64,000 nt of DNA from a virus, in IMG/VR virus record IMGVR_UViG_3300015202_000003, positions 85,413-149,412 of that record; one strand, 5' to 3'. Below the pieces are notes generated by a model that saw only the letters and a program-made list of their open reading frames with translations, was not told the DNA's origin and made no database searches. This document shows, piece after piece, positions 1 through 9,324 of the stretch. The stretch's first letter is position 1. Each line of letters begins with the position of its first letter. The position numbers and the translations under genes were made by a program.

Positions 1-296
1 ATTTTCACTGTGTTTGGGCACAGGAACAGGAGAAGAGGTTTTAGTAGAAGTTCCTCTTTTAACTTTTCCTATTATAGATAGCACAACATCAGATGATGTT
101 GCCGATACAGCTTCTTCTATTCGATTTAAAAACATATTCTTTGTTCAAAGATGAAGAGTATATTAATATATTTTTTGAATCTAAAAACGAGGAAGATTTA
201 AATTTAGAACATGATTATCAAATAGACCCTAACCAATTGACTTTAGAAGAGATTGAAGCTAAAAAAATTAGAGGAAACATTTTAAATTAAAAAATT

Positions 297-599
297 ATGG
301 AAGATATAAGTAATAAACTTCCGCCTTGGGGCGCGAAAATAGAGTCTGAAGTTGTGGATACTGAAGCTCTTTCTCCCATTACGGATTCCGTCAATTCTTT
401 GGAATTACATTTACAACAATTAGAACAGAAAATCGGGCATTTGGCTCATAAAATTAGACCTGTTTCAAAAGAAATCGATTTTTCTTGTTTTTCTAAGCTC
501 AAAGAGTTGGATTTGAATGGGCATGACGAAAATAAAGACCTTTCAGTTTTGAGATGTAGAATTGTTGAGGTTGATTTCTGTAATTTCTTATTTATTTGA
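297..599 (+). CDS. Hypothetical protein, C-terminus possibly frameshifted
   Basis: ORF with coiled-coil character; the +1 frame (LISVISYLFDRLDV, stop 613-615) reads as a more protein-like C-terminus. Confidence 0.55.
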   Translation: MEDISNKLPPWGAKIESEVVDTEALSPITDSVNSLELHLQQLEQKIGHLAHKIRPVSKEIDFSCFSKLKELDLNGHDENKDLSVLRCRIVEVDFCNFLFI

Positions 600-799
600 T
601 AGATTAGATGTGTAGAGGACAAAGAAGAAAAAATTCTTAGCTTTAACAACGAAGAATTTTTTCTTCTTTTGACATTGATATGGAGAATAATTTCGTAGAT
701 TTGGATAGAAGAATTTTTAAAAAGGGTTTGGATGGTTTTTGGATTAGGATTAAATAATAGATAGAATATTTCAATTATTTTCTGTTAAACTAACGTCTA

Positions 800-1906
800 A
801 TGTTTTTTCCAATTCAAGAGATAGAAGTAACAGTTGAAAATTTTCAATCTTTAGAAAAAGCTAATTTAAAGTTCGAGACGGGGATAAGTTTGATTCAAGG
901 CTCTAATTCTTGCGGTAAAACGGCGGTCTTTAGGGCTTTAAATAGTTTTTATTTTAATTCTTTCAATGATAGTTTTATTCGTAACGGTCAAAATGAAACT
1001 AAGATAGAAGTAATTCATAACAATAGAAAGGCTTCTTTAACCCGTTGGCGTGAGAGTTCCAAGAAATATGGGAGTAAAGGCATCTATGAAATAGAGGGTG
1101 AAATCTTTACCAAGACGGGAAGAGAAGCCCCTCCTGAACTAATAGAGATAACTCGTATAGAGCCTAAAGAGTCTGAAAGTGCGGGAATTACTTTACACCC
1201 TAATTTTTGGTTACAAGAAGCGCCTCCTTTTTTGTTAAATTTATCTCCTGCTAAGATTTACGATTTTCTTTTACAAGATAGGGAGTTGTTAGAAATTTTA
1301 GGAGATTTAAAAACAACACAAAAAGAGGCTTCAACAAAAACAAAGTTCATAGAAAACAGATTTGAATCTGAAGAGAAAGAAAGTTTAGAGCTGCAAAAAA
1401 AACAAAAGGAGCTGTCTTCTTACGACAGTTTGTTTTTATTATTAGATTTGATAGAAGAAGCCGAAGAAAGGTTAGAAGGTTTAATTTTAACTAAAGAAAA
1501 ATTAAAAGGAATTAGAGAGAGAAAAACGAATTTAAATCAAAAACAAAATAAAAACTTTAAGATTGTTTCTCTTTTAAACTCTCTTCCTAATCCTGAAAAC
1601 TACAAAAATTTATCTGCTTTAAAAGAAATTTTGTTAGGTATTAAAAAGTCAGTAGAGTCTCAAAAAAACACGTTAAAAATTAATTTTTTGAAGCAAAAAA
1701 GTCTTTATTTTCCTGACATGGAAGAAGATTTAGCTTCTCTTTTTCATTTAAGAAATGTTTTGGAATCTTACAAAGAGATAAAAGAGAGAAAAGAGAGTTT
1801 TATTTTAAAACAAGAGACAAATTCACATTTTATGGAAGAAGTTAAAATTTCTTTAGAATCTTTCGATGTGTGTCCGTTATGCAGTTCTGAGTTAGTTAAA
1901 TTTTAA
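800..1906 (+). CDS. sbcC: SbcC/Rad50-like ATPase, N-terminal half (Walker A, coiled coil, zinc hook)
   Basis: VENFQS start, Walker A GSNSCGKT, Q-loop region FWLQ, long coiled coil, ends at CPLC hook motif. Confidence 0.88.
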   Translation: MFFPIQEIEVTVENFQSLEKANLKFETGISLIQGSNSCGKTAVFRALNSFYFNSFNDSFIRNGQNETKIEVIHNNRKASLTRWRESSKKYGSKGIYEIEGEIFTKTGREAPPELIEITRIEPKESESAGITLHPNFWLQEAPPFLLNLSPAKIYDFLLQDRELLEILGDLKTTQKEASTKTKFIENRFESEEKESLELQKKQKELSSYDSLFLLLDLIEEAEERLEGLILTKEKLKGIRERKTNLNQKQNKNFKIVSLLNSLPNPENYKNLSALKEILLGIKKSVESQKNTLKINFLKQKSLYFPDMEEDLASLFHLRNVLESYKEIKERKESFILKQETNSHFMEEVKISLESFDVCPLCSSELVKF

Positions 1907-1913
1907 TTGGATT

Positions 1914-2252
1914 ATGTTTTACCGTAAAAAGACCTCTCCTGTTGTGGCTTTTCAAATAAGCTACAAGCCGTTAGATAATTTAAATTGGCCTTTGTGGTTT
2001 AGGAGATTAGTTTTACATGAACAAAGAAAAGAAGATTCTAATGAAAAGTGTTATAAAATTGTTTTCAATGATAATGGTAGGTATGAATTTTTAATTAAAG
2101 CACCTCTTTTAAGTTCTAAAGACATTAGAATTGAAATAGAAGAGGGGCATTGGGTTATTCAAGGGGAAGAGTTTTCAAAAAACTTGGAAATTTATACTCG
2201 TTCCGACAAAGATTTTAAAGAGCAGTATGAGCCTTTAGGAGCGGGGATTTAA
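1914..2252 (+). CDS. Conserved phage hypothetical protein (YRKK..V.A.Q / G.WVI.G / F...YE family)
   Basis: YRKKTSPVVAFQ ... EGHWVIQG ... FKEQYE pattern common in phage small proteins. Confidence 0.6.
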   Translation: MFYRKKTSPVVAFQISYKPLDNLNWPLWFRRLVLHEQRKEDSNEKCYKIVFNDNGRYEFLIKAPLLSSKDIRIEIEEGHWVIQGEEFSKNLEIYTRSDKDFKEQYEPLGAGI

Positions 2253-2293
2253 AGAAGTGCGAAAAGAATTTTTTGTTAAACTGAAAATCGTCT

Positions 2294-2548
2294 ATGAAAA
2301 TACAATCCAACAATGATTTAGTTTCTCGTTTTCAATCTCTTCAAACAAAGAAAAGAGAATTAGAATTGGAGGAAGTTCAAATTAAAACTCAGTTAACTTC
2401 TTTAAATGAAAAGGAAGAGTCTATTTTAAAAGAGCTTAAAACATCTTACGAATTAAATTCTTTAGAGGAACTAACTCAAAGAATAGAGCAAGAAGAAAAG
2501 AAAATAGAGGATTCTTTAACTCAAGCTGAACAAGGTTTAAATATTTAA
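2294..2548 (+). CDS. Short coiled-coil protein, possible third piece of the split SbcC
   Basis: 84 aa heptad-rich helix directly upstream of the SbcC C-terminal half. Confidence 0.55.
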   Translation: MKIQSNNDLVSRFQSLQTKKRELELEEVQIKTQLTSLNEKEESILKELKTSYELNSLEELTQRIEQEEKKIEDSLTQAEQGLNI

Positions 2549-2556
2549 TTTTTAAA

Positions 2557-3195
2557 ATGTTAAATACAAGAATCTCTTTGTTAAAATCTAATTTAACTCC
2601 TATAAAAAAACAAAAAGAGGAGTTGGATTTCCAATTAAAAAATTCAATTTTAAATCTTGAGAAGTTAAAATTAGAGTTAAAAGAATCAAGAAAAAATTTA
2701 GAGTTTCAAACCGAGTGTTACGAGTGGTGCAAGAACATTTTAGATTTAAGAAACAAAGAACATTTGGATAAGATTACGAATTTAATTTCTTTAGCTTTAC
2801 AAACTGTTTTTTTTGACCGTAACTATGAATTTATTTTAAAGATAGAAGATAAGAGAGGTGTAAAGAACGCTGTCTTTATTTTGTGGGAGCAATTAGAAAA
2901 CGGAGAAGTAATAGAAACAGATTTTAATGGTTTGGGCGGAAGTGTTAGAGTAATTGTTTCTTTTTGCCTAAGCGTGTTTTTTATAAATTATTTTAAATTG
3001 TCCCCTGTTATTTTTTTAGATGAGGCTATGGGTGCCCTTTCTAACTCATACATAGACTCCTTTGGAGAGTTTGTATCTTCTTTGTGTAATCAGACAGGTT
3101 TAATTTTTGTTTTAATTTCGCATGACCCGCGTTTTCGTGATCTTGCTAATGTTGTCTACGAAATTAAAAATGGAACTGCAAAAGAGGTTTCATAA
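2557..3195 (+). CDS. sbcC: SbcC/Rad50-like ATPase, C-terminal half
   Basis: Coiled coil, then signature-like GLGGS, Walker B IFLDE, D-loop ALS, H-loop ISHD. Confidence 0.88.
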   Translation: MLNTRISLLKSNLTPIKKQKEELDFQLKNSILNLEKLKLELKESRKNLEFQTECYEWCKNILDLRNKEHLDKITNLISLALQTVFFDRNYEFILKIEDKRGVKNAVFILWEQLENGEVIETDFNGLGGSVRVIVSFCLSVFFINYFKLSPVIFLDEAMGALSNSYIDSFGEFVSSLCNQTGLIFVLISHDPRFRDLANVVYEIKNGTAKEVS

Positions 3196-3339
3196 TAAAA
3201 AATTTAGATGAAATAAAACTTCGTTTAAATTTTTGTTTTTGGGTTTTACTTTCCATTAAAAAACATTTACAGATTTTTTTTATAGAAGAGGTTAATGATA
3301 AAGAGAAGATAAGAAATTTTAATTCTTATCTTCTTTTTT

Positions 3340-4050
3340 ATGTTTAGTTTAAATTTAAATCCCGAACATTTAATTGCTCAAAAATTAACTTCTTTATTTG
3401 AGCAAAGCACATTTTCAATGCCCATAAACAACATTACCGATGAAAATGACGGTAGGGGTTTTACAGTGGGTTGGGCGGGGTTTACGACGGCAGATGAAGA
3501 GCCAAGAAGGTGTATTGAAACTTATATAAAATTAGTCGGTGAGAACGGTTTAAGCGGGGATGTTTTAGATACGATTAAGCGTTCACAGGGTAATCATGCC
3601 ACTCAAGCATTGAATAATGTAAATTTTAAAGCTATGTGGAAGGATGCGTGTTCAAACCCTTCTTTCCAAGATGCTTTTCAATTAACGGTCAGTTCTATTT
3701 TCGGGGTTCCTGCTCAGAAATATTGTGACGATTACAACTTTGTTTTTCCTATATCTTTTGCAATTTTATTTGATTCTTTAATTCAGCATGGTAATGGTAA
3801 TGACCCGGATAGTGTTCCTTCTATGATAAGTAGTTTAAATTTAGGAAGTTCTGATGATGAAAAAGTTCAAATGTCCGCTTTTTTAGACGAAAGACACAGA
3901 GTTTTATCTCACCCTAATAATACAGATACGCAAGTAGAGTGGGCGGCATCCGTTGGTAGAGTGGATTCTTTGAGACATATTTTAAATACTAACAGAAATT
4001 TAAAATCTCCCATTAATTTTAATTGGGAGCATAGTTCTTATTCTCTTTAA
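3340..4050 (+). CDS. GH46 chitosanase-family glycoside hydrolase, paralog 1
   Basis: LTSLFE (catalytic Glu), NDGRGFTVGWAGFTT (catalytic Asp region), DSLIQHG, FLDER, SVGRVD. Confidence 0.85.
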   Translation: MFSLNLNPEHLIAQKLTSLFEQSTFSMPINNITDENDGRGFTVGWAGFTTADEEPRRCIETYIKLVGENGLSGDVLDTIKRSQGNHATQALNNVNFKAMWKDACSNPSFQDAFQLTVSSIFGVPAQKYCDDYNFVFPISFAILFDSLIQHGNGNDPDSVPSMISSLNLGSSDDEKVQMSAFLDERHRVLSHPNNTDTQVEWAASVGRVDSLRHILNTNRNLKSPINFNWEHSSYSL

Positions 4051-4095
4051 TTTTCACATTTTTAAATAAAGAAAAGTTGATACAAAAATTAAAAT

Positions 4096-4803
4096 ATGAC
4101 TTACCAACAAACTGCTCAAAAATTGACTTCTTTATTTGAAACAAATGAAACAGGGGTTCCAATTAACAACGTTTCCAATGAAAATGATGGCAGAGGATAT
4201 ACTTGTGGTTGGGCAGGATTTACAACGGCAGATCAAGAAGTTGTAGAATTTGTCAAGCGTTATACGGAATTACAGGGGACTAATCATCTTAGCGGTAAAA
4301 TTTACAAAGAATTAATTAGACTTTCTACAGAGGGTTGTGATGAAACTGATGTTTTAGATCAGTATCAATTTAAGATGCATTGGCAAAACGGTTGTTTTTA
4401 CGAATATTCAAAAGAAAGTTTTAGAAAAGCCTATGAAGAAACGGTAGATTATGTTTTTGGTTCAACGGCAAAAGAACACTGTGAGAAATTAAATTTAGTT
4501 CTTCCAATTTCTTATGTTGTTTTATTTGATACGGGGGTTCAACATGGTTGGGACAGTGATTTAGATAGTGCGGCTTCTATGATTGAAAAAACATGGCGTC
4601 CTGAAATTGATGAAAAGGAATTTTTAGAATCTTTTTTAAAATTAAGAAAGGAGATTTTAGAAAACCCTCACAATAAAGAAACAAAAGAGGAGTGGGCACA
4701 ATCTGTTGGCAGGGTAGATTCTCTAAGACAAATTTTAGAAGAGAATCTCGAACTAACTTCTCCAATTAAATTTAAATGGGAGGAGGGCGATTACGAGTTT
4801 TAA
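4096..4803 (+). CDS. GH46 chitosanase-family glycoside hydrolase, paralog 2
   Basis: LTSLFE, NDGRGYTCGWAGFTT, DTGVQHG, SVGRVD; colinear with the upstream paralog. Confidence 0.85.
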   Translation: MTYQQTAQKLTSLFETNETGVPINNVSNENDGRGYTCGWAGFTTADQEVVEFVKRYTELQGTNHLSGKIYKELIRLSTEGCDETDVLDQYQFKMHWQNGCFYEYSKESFRKAYEETVDYVFGSTAKEHCEKLNLVLPISYVVLFDTGVQHGWDSDLDSAASMIEKTWRPEIDEKEFLESFLKLRKEILENPHNKETKEEWAQSVGRVDSLRQILEENLELTSPIKFKWEEGDYEF

Positions 4804-4933
4804 AGGAGAGATTTAAATTAGGGTTTAAGGGTAAAAGGATTAATCGTTTTTGGTTTTCTTTTTATTTGGCAACACTTTATTTTTGTAACAAATTATTTTT
4901 GGTTTTCTTTTGTGCGGGTTTATTTAAATTTTA

Positions 4934-5050
4934 ATGTTTGATAATTTTTATTACGGATACGTTCCTGATTTACCGGATTTTAGGGATCATAAAGTAGAGG
5001 AAAAGTTTGGTTTAGAGCTTTCTCCCCAATTACAAAAGAATTTGATTTGA
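4934..5050 (+). pseudogene. Remnant of a papain-like (C1A) peptidase N-terminus
   Basis: MFDNFYYGYVPDLPDFRD resembles the bacterial C1A GW.PDLPD.RD motif; KEFDLK appears in an adjacent frame; truncated at an IS-end-like hairpin. Confidence 0.4.
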
Positions 5051-5081
5051 AAGCCTCCTGCTTTAGCGGTGGGAGTGTCAA
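5049..5081 (+). mobile_element. IS200/IS605-type end remnant
   Basis: gaaagcctcctgctttagcggtgggagtgtcaac: AAG-CC hairpin with CTTTAG loop and TCAA/TCAC-like terminus. Confidence 0.45.
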
Positions 5082-5153
5082 CGTTTGAGTATTTATTAAA
5101 TCCTAATTTAGCTTCAAATTTTTGGGTTATAGAACATTTAAACAATTAAAAAT

Positions 5154-5357
5154 ATGAATTTAATTAAAACCATCATCACACACTTCAAAGAAAGGTATTT
5201 TTTAAAAACTTATAAACAAAAAGGTTTTGAGTATATCTACTCTTTTAATTCTTGGAACGGAGTAACAGAGAATTTTCTTTCTCCTCACATTTTCTCTGTT
5301 TTTAGAAATACACTAACTCAAGAAGAGAAGGTAGTCTATGCTTATTCTATCCTTTAA
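5154..5357 (+). CDS. Hypothetical protein
   Basis: ATG ORF after A-rich leader. Confidence 0.55.
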   Translation: MNLIKTIITHFKERYFLKTYKQKGFEYIYSFNSWNGVTENFLSPHIFSVFRNTLTQEEKVVYAYSIL

Positions 5358-5407
5358 AATTCAAGTGTTTTTTTAATTAAAAAAGCAGCTACATAATAAA
5401 GAATTAC

Positions 5408-5638
5408 ATGGAATTGGAAGCAGAAATCATAGAAACCCTTCAAAAATTTGAAGGTTCCTTAGAGCGCCGACACTTAATTTCTTTAGTTGGGGGAGTAGGT
5501 TCTAATTACGGCAAAGTTGCTAATGCTTTGGGAAGATTATCTTCTCAAGGCAAAATAGAGCGTTATAACAAACCTTTTCCACATACTAATCTTAATGATT
5601 ATAGTAAATCTCAATCTTTCTGGCGTTTAAAAGTTTAA
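5408..5638 (+). CDS. Small winged-helix-like protein
   Basis: IIETLQ...RRHLISLV...VANALGRLSSQGKIER...FWRL pattern. Confidence 0.55.
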   Translation: MELEAEIIETLQKFEGSLERRHLISLVGGVGSNYGKVANALGRLSSQGKIERYNKPFPHTNLNDYSKSQSFWRLKV

Positions 5639-5656
5639 AAATAAATAACACATATT

Positions 5657-5700
5657 AAAAAAGAGAGGGTTCTTCGACCTTCTCTTTTTTGTTATATTTA
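5657..5700 (+). promoter_or_regulatory. TCTTCG-loop hairpin element
   Basis: aaaaaagagagggt-TCTTCG-accttctctttttt followed by GTTATA. Confidence 0.6.
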
Positions 5701-5717
5701 TAGTGGAGTTTTTATTT

Positions 5718-5828
5718 ATGTTTAACAATCCTGTTTGGCCTTACATATTAATTTTTCTAATGTTTTTAGGACTTTGGAAACTCATAGAAATTTTAGTATG
5801 GCTTTTTGTTCATGTAAAAATAATTTAA
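5718..5828 (+). CDS. Small membrane protein, 36 aa (not in ORF track)
   Basis: GGAG upstream; MFNNPVWPYILIFLMFLGLWKLIEILVWLFVHVKII. Confidence 0.55.
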   Translation: MFNNPVWPYILIFLMFLGLWKLIEILVWLFVHVKII

Positions 5829-5922
5829 AGTAAAAATGAAATTTATAATTGGGAGAACGAATTTGTAGTTCGTAGTAAATTAGGAGAGAGTTGAAATTTT
5901 TTGTGTTTTAGGCATTTATTTT

Positions 5923-8391
5923 ATGAAAAAAGAAGAGATTAAAGTTTTAAATAAGGGATTTGTAGCATTGGACGATTTTTGTGCAGATGATTTATCAGTT
6001 GTAAATAGCGCAAGAGTTTCTTTTAATAAGAGAGTAGAAGAAGTTTCTTACGGGGACGAGAAGCTAATTGGATTTCTTTTAAAGAATAAGCATGGTTGTT
6101 ACGACTCAGAAACGGAAGTTTTGACAAGTGAAGGCTGGCGTAAATGGCCTGATATTGTAGGTTTTGAGTTGTTTGCTACGCTTTCACCTAAAGGTGTTAT
6201 AGAATATCAACAGGCTGAACGTGTTGTTCATAAAGAAGTAGAAGGCCCAATGATTAAGTTGTCAATGAATCAAGTTGATTTACTTGTAACTCCTGATCAT
6301 AATATGTTGGCAAAAAAATCTTTTAATACTACTAAACCTTATGAATACAAACTTATTCCTGCGAAAGATTTATTACTACATTCATATCGTATCCCGTTGA
6401 CAGGTGGAGATTGGAGTGGTAGTGAACAGAATGAAGCTCGTATGGCTTTATTGGGTTTTTTTATTGGGGGCGGTTCTTTCAAAGAAATTTCAATCGAGTT
6501 TCACTTAAAAGAAGAACGGGAAATTAAATTTCTTTTTGAACAATCTGAAAAAGCAGGTTTTTCCGTCAATAGTAACAAAGACGACACCTATCTCTTGAAA
6601 TCCGACGCGGAGTTTAGAGAAATTTGTCGTCTTTGTTACAACAAAGGGGGTGAAAAAGTAATTCCTCGCTCTATTTTAAATAGTAGCCCTAAAAGTCTTG
6701 AATCTGTGTTGAGTGGTTTGATGCACTCAGATGGAACCTGTTCAAAAACAGGCAAAGAAACATACTCAACCGCCAGTTTTATTTTAGCGGGTGAAATACA
6801 AGAACTCTGTTTGAAGATTGGCCGAGCCGCACTTATATACCCACATCTGTTTACAAAAGAAGACGGACATTACGGCAGTAAAGACTGTTACAGGATAACA
6901 ATTTACCGAAAAAGCAATTCAGAACCCAGAATTGGTTGGACTATCGCTGATAGAAGAAATCAGGTTAAAATTGTTCTTTATAAGGGGTTTGTCCATTGCG
7001 TAACAGTTCCTAATGGAAATCTTTATGTGCGTAGAAACGGTAAGCCTTGTTGGTGTGGAAATACACCTTTTGAGTCTAATTTTTTTAGGTTTAGGGTAAA
7101 GGCTCCTATATTTGTTTTTAGAGAGTGGCACAGACACAGAATTGGTTCTTGTTTGTCTGGGGATTCTATAATTACTACAGAATCTATCGATGTTAGAAGC
7201 GGGAGAATGAAACGTCTCCGTAGATTAAAAGATTTGCATGACAATTATAATTGTGGTGTGACTGATGTTAAAAACAGAACCAGATTCTTGCCTTCTTGTA
7301 GAAACTTAAAACTAAGAAACTTGGATGAAGGCGCAAACTCGTTTACGGTTCAGAAAATTGAAGATGTTTATTGCACAGGGGAAAAGGAGGTTTTTTCTGT
7401 TTGTGTAGGAGAAAACGCGTTAAAAGCTTCTTGTGACCATAAAATTTTAACGGCAGATGGTTGGGCTAAAGTAAATGAACTTTCCGGTAATGAACTTATA
7501 GCTGTTTCTTCTAATATTCATTGTTCTAATCCAGATAGAATTTCTTCACATCTTAGAACTGGGATCGGGTTGTGGACACAGCAACAAAGGGATATTTTAA
7601 TTAAAGAAGAAGACTACTGTTATAATTGTGGAGGTTGTTTCAATAGAAAACATCTTGATTTAGACCATTTAATACCTGTAGTTACAGATTTGTCTAAAGC
7701 ATTGGATAGAAACAATTTAAAGCCCATTTGTAAAGAATGTCATAGAATAAAAACTTCTTCCGAACAAATTTCGGCTAACAGAAAAGGGTCTTCTGTTGAA
7801 TTGAAATACGTTTCTTTGGCTAAAAAAGTAATCAGAGTTGGGGAAGAAATGACTTACGATATATCTATGCCAGCACCTAATCACAATTTTGTAGCTAATG
7901 GAATTGTAGTTCATAACAGTATAAATGAGTGGTCAGCAAGATATTCTCGTTTAGAACCTGATTTTTATATTCCTGAACCTGAAAATGTCAGGGTTCAAGT
8001 GGGAAAGCCGGGGAATTATACTTATTTACAGGCAACAAAAGAATCGGCATTTTCTTTTATAGAAAGGTTAAAAAATAAATGTAGTCGAGATTACGAAGAT
8101 TATGAATGGGCTTTAAATTGTGGACAAGAGTTTTCCTTGTCTGATTTTTTTGGAGAAAAGGTGGAAGGTATAGCAAAAGAACAAGCAAGGTTTTTTCTAA
8201 ATGTAAATATTTATTCTGAAATGTATTGGTCTTGTAATGCACGTTCATTGATGAATTTCCTTTCTTTAAGAAATTCCCCTAAGTCTCAGTGGGAGCTAAG
8301 AGAGTATGCTATTGTTTTAGAAGATATTTGGAAAGAAATTATGCCTATGACTTATAATTATTTTATAGAGAACGGTAGAGTAGCCCCTTAA
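5923..8391 (+). CDS. thyX: Flavin-dependent thymidylate synthase ThyX with two inteins (mature ~244 aa)
   Basis: VNSARVS, H-G/TPFE, APIFVFREWHRHRIGS/SINEWSARY, KEQARFFL, NARSLMNFLSLR, QWELR. Confidence 0.95.
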   Translation: MKKEEIKVLNKGFVALDDFCADDLSVVNSARVSFNKRVEEVSYGDEKLIGFLLKNKHGCYDSETEVLTSEGWRKWPDIVGFELFATLSPKGVIEYQQAERVVHKEVEGPMIKLSMNQVDLLVTPDHNMLAKKSFNTTKPYEYKLIPAKDLLLHSYRIPLTGGDWSGSEQNEARMALLGFFIGGGSFKEISIEFHLKEEREIKFLFEQSEKAGFSVNSNKDDTYLLKSDAEFREICRLCYNKGGEKVIPRSILNSSPKSLESVLSGLMHSDGTCSKTGKETYSTASFILAGEIQELCLKIGRAALIYPHLFTKEDGHYGSKDCYRITIYRKSNSEPRIGWTIADRRNQVKIVLYKGFVHCVTVPNGNLYVRRNGKPCWCGNTPFESNFFRFRVKAPIFVFREWHRHRIGSCLSGDSIITTESIDVRSGRMKRLRRLKDLHDNYNCGVTDVKNRTRFLPSCRNLKLRNLDEGANSFTVQKIEDVYCTGEKEVFSVCVGENALKASCDHKILTADGWAKVNELSGNELIAVSSNIHCSNPDRISSHLRTGIGLWTQQQRDILIKEEDYCYNCGGCFNRKHLDLDHLIPVVTDLSKALDRNNLKPICKECHRIKTSSEQISANRKGSSVELKYVSLAKKVIRVGEEMTYDISMPAPNHNFVANGIVVHNSINEWSARYSRLEPDFYIPEPENVRVQVGKPGNYTYLQATKESAFSFIERLKNKCSRDYEDYEWALNCGQEFSLSDFFGEKVEGIAKEQARFFLNVNIYSEMYWSCNARSLMNFLSLRNSPKSQWELREYAIVLEDIWKEIMPMTYNYFIENGRVAP
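6097..7062 (+). mobile_element. Intein 1 in ThyX with LAGLIDADG endonuclease domain (322 aa)
   Basis: Begins CYDSETEVLT, has VTPDH, ends WCGN|T; motifs LLGFFIGGG (catalytic Asp missing) and LSGLMHSDG. Confidence 0.9.
7150..7917 (+). mobile_element. Intein 2 in ThyX with HNH endonuclease (256 aa)
   Basis: Begins CLSGDS, has SCDHKI, ends IVVHN|S; CxxC..DLDHLIP..NLKPICKECH. Confidence 0.9.
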
Positions 8392-8572
8392 AATTCTAAT
8401 TCGCCAATAAAAAAATTAAATTAAAATACGAAGAAGAAGTAGAAAAAATAGCGGAAAATACATCTTCAAAAACAACCTCTCTTTTAGAAAAATACGTTTA
8501 AAATAAGAGAACGGGTTCAAATGAATTAGACTCAGATTCTTCTCTTTTCAAAATTAAAATAAAATTCCAACT

Positions 8573-8836
8573 ATGTTCATATCTCCCCCTGTTATTTTTC
8601 TTTTTCTTTTTTTGTTCTACGCTTTTATAATTTTTCTTTTTTATTTTCGATTAGAAAACAGAGATACTTTATTAGATTTCAGATTAGAGAAAGTTAAAAA
8701 TGAATTTTTAGAAACTTACATCAGATTTTTAAAAATGAAAACGGAGGATTTGGAAAACAGGTTAAAAAATAAAGTTGTATTTCCTCAAAGAGATAAAAGA
8801 GGTAGACTATTGCCTTGGAGTAAAAAAGAAAATTAG
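8573..8836 (+). CDS. Membrane-anchored protein with C-terminal RDKRGRLLP motif
   Basis: N-terminal hydrophobic helix, coiled coil, basic tail. Confidence 0.6.
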   Translation: MFISPPVIFLFLFLFYAFIIFLFYFRLENRDTLLDFRLEKVKNEFLETYIRFLKMKTEDLENRLKNKVVFPQRDKRGRLLPWSKKEN

Positions 8837-8871
8837 GAGGTTTCGTTATTCAAACACAAAAAGATAAAAAA

Positions 8872-9078
8872 TTGTTGTTGGGTAGGTTAGAGTTTAGAAG
8901 TTGGATTAAGAACCCTTATAAGTTAAAATTAAAAGAAAGTAATTCTCCGTTATATCTTACGGGCGGAGTTTTTTTAGAGGAAGACCCTGAAACTAAGAAA
9001 GAATATGTTGTAGGCTGTGATGAGATGGGAAATTTCTATTTGTATTTAAAAGATGAAGTAGAGGGATTAGAAAATTAA
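8872..9078 (+). CDS. Hypothetical protein (start uncertain)
   Basis: ORF in co-oriented gene run. Confidence 0.45.
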   Translation: MLLGRLEFRSWIKNPYKLKLKESNSPLYLTGGVFLEEDPETKKEYVVGCDEMGNFYLYLKDEVEGLEN

Positions 9079-9093
9079 AGGAAAAAATTAAAA

Positions 9094-9324
9094 ATGAGCC
9101 ATTATAAAGATGATTTTTATTTTGAAAAATCACCTTCTTTTATTTCTCTCGAAGAAGAGAGAAATTTCTATTTAATAGAAGGTTGTCGCATTAAAGGCGA
9201 GATAGATTACGTTTTTGGCTTTTCTGTTTTTAAAGGGGAGATTGAAAGAGTTACAAAATTTAGAAGAGAAAACAATTTGCCGTTAGAAACGGATGAATTT
9301 GGTTGGTTTCAAAAGGATTTTTAA
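9094..9324 (+). CDS. Hypothetical protein
   Basis: ATG ORF whose stop overlaps the next start. Confidence 0.55.
   Translation: MSHYKDDFYFEKSPSFISLEEERNFYLIEGCRIKGEIDYVFGFSVFKGEIERVTKFRRENNLPLETDEFGWFQKDF

Noticed and set aside
2-615. Apparent frameshifts near 120 and 570 (also near 21790)
   Set aside because: Adjacent frames read as continuations, but there are no slippery motifs. Small indels or assembly errors are simpler, so no recoding is claimed. This also tempers the 30583 case.
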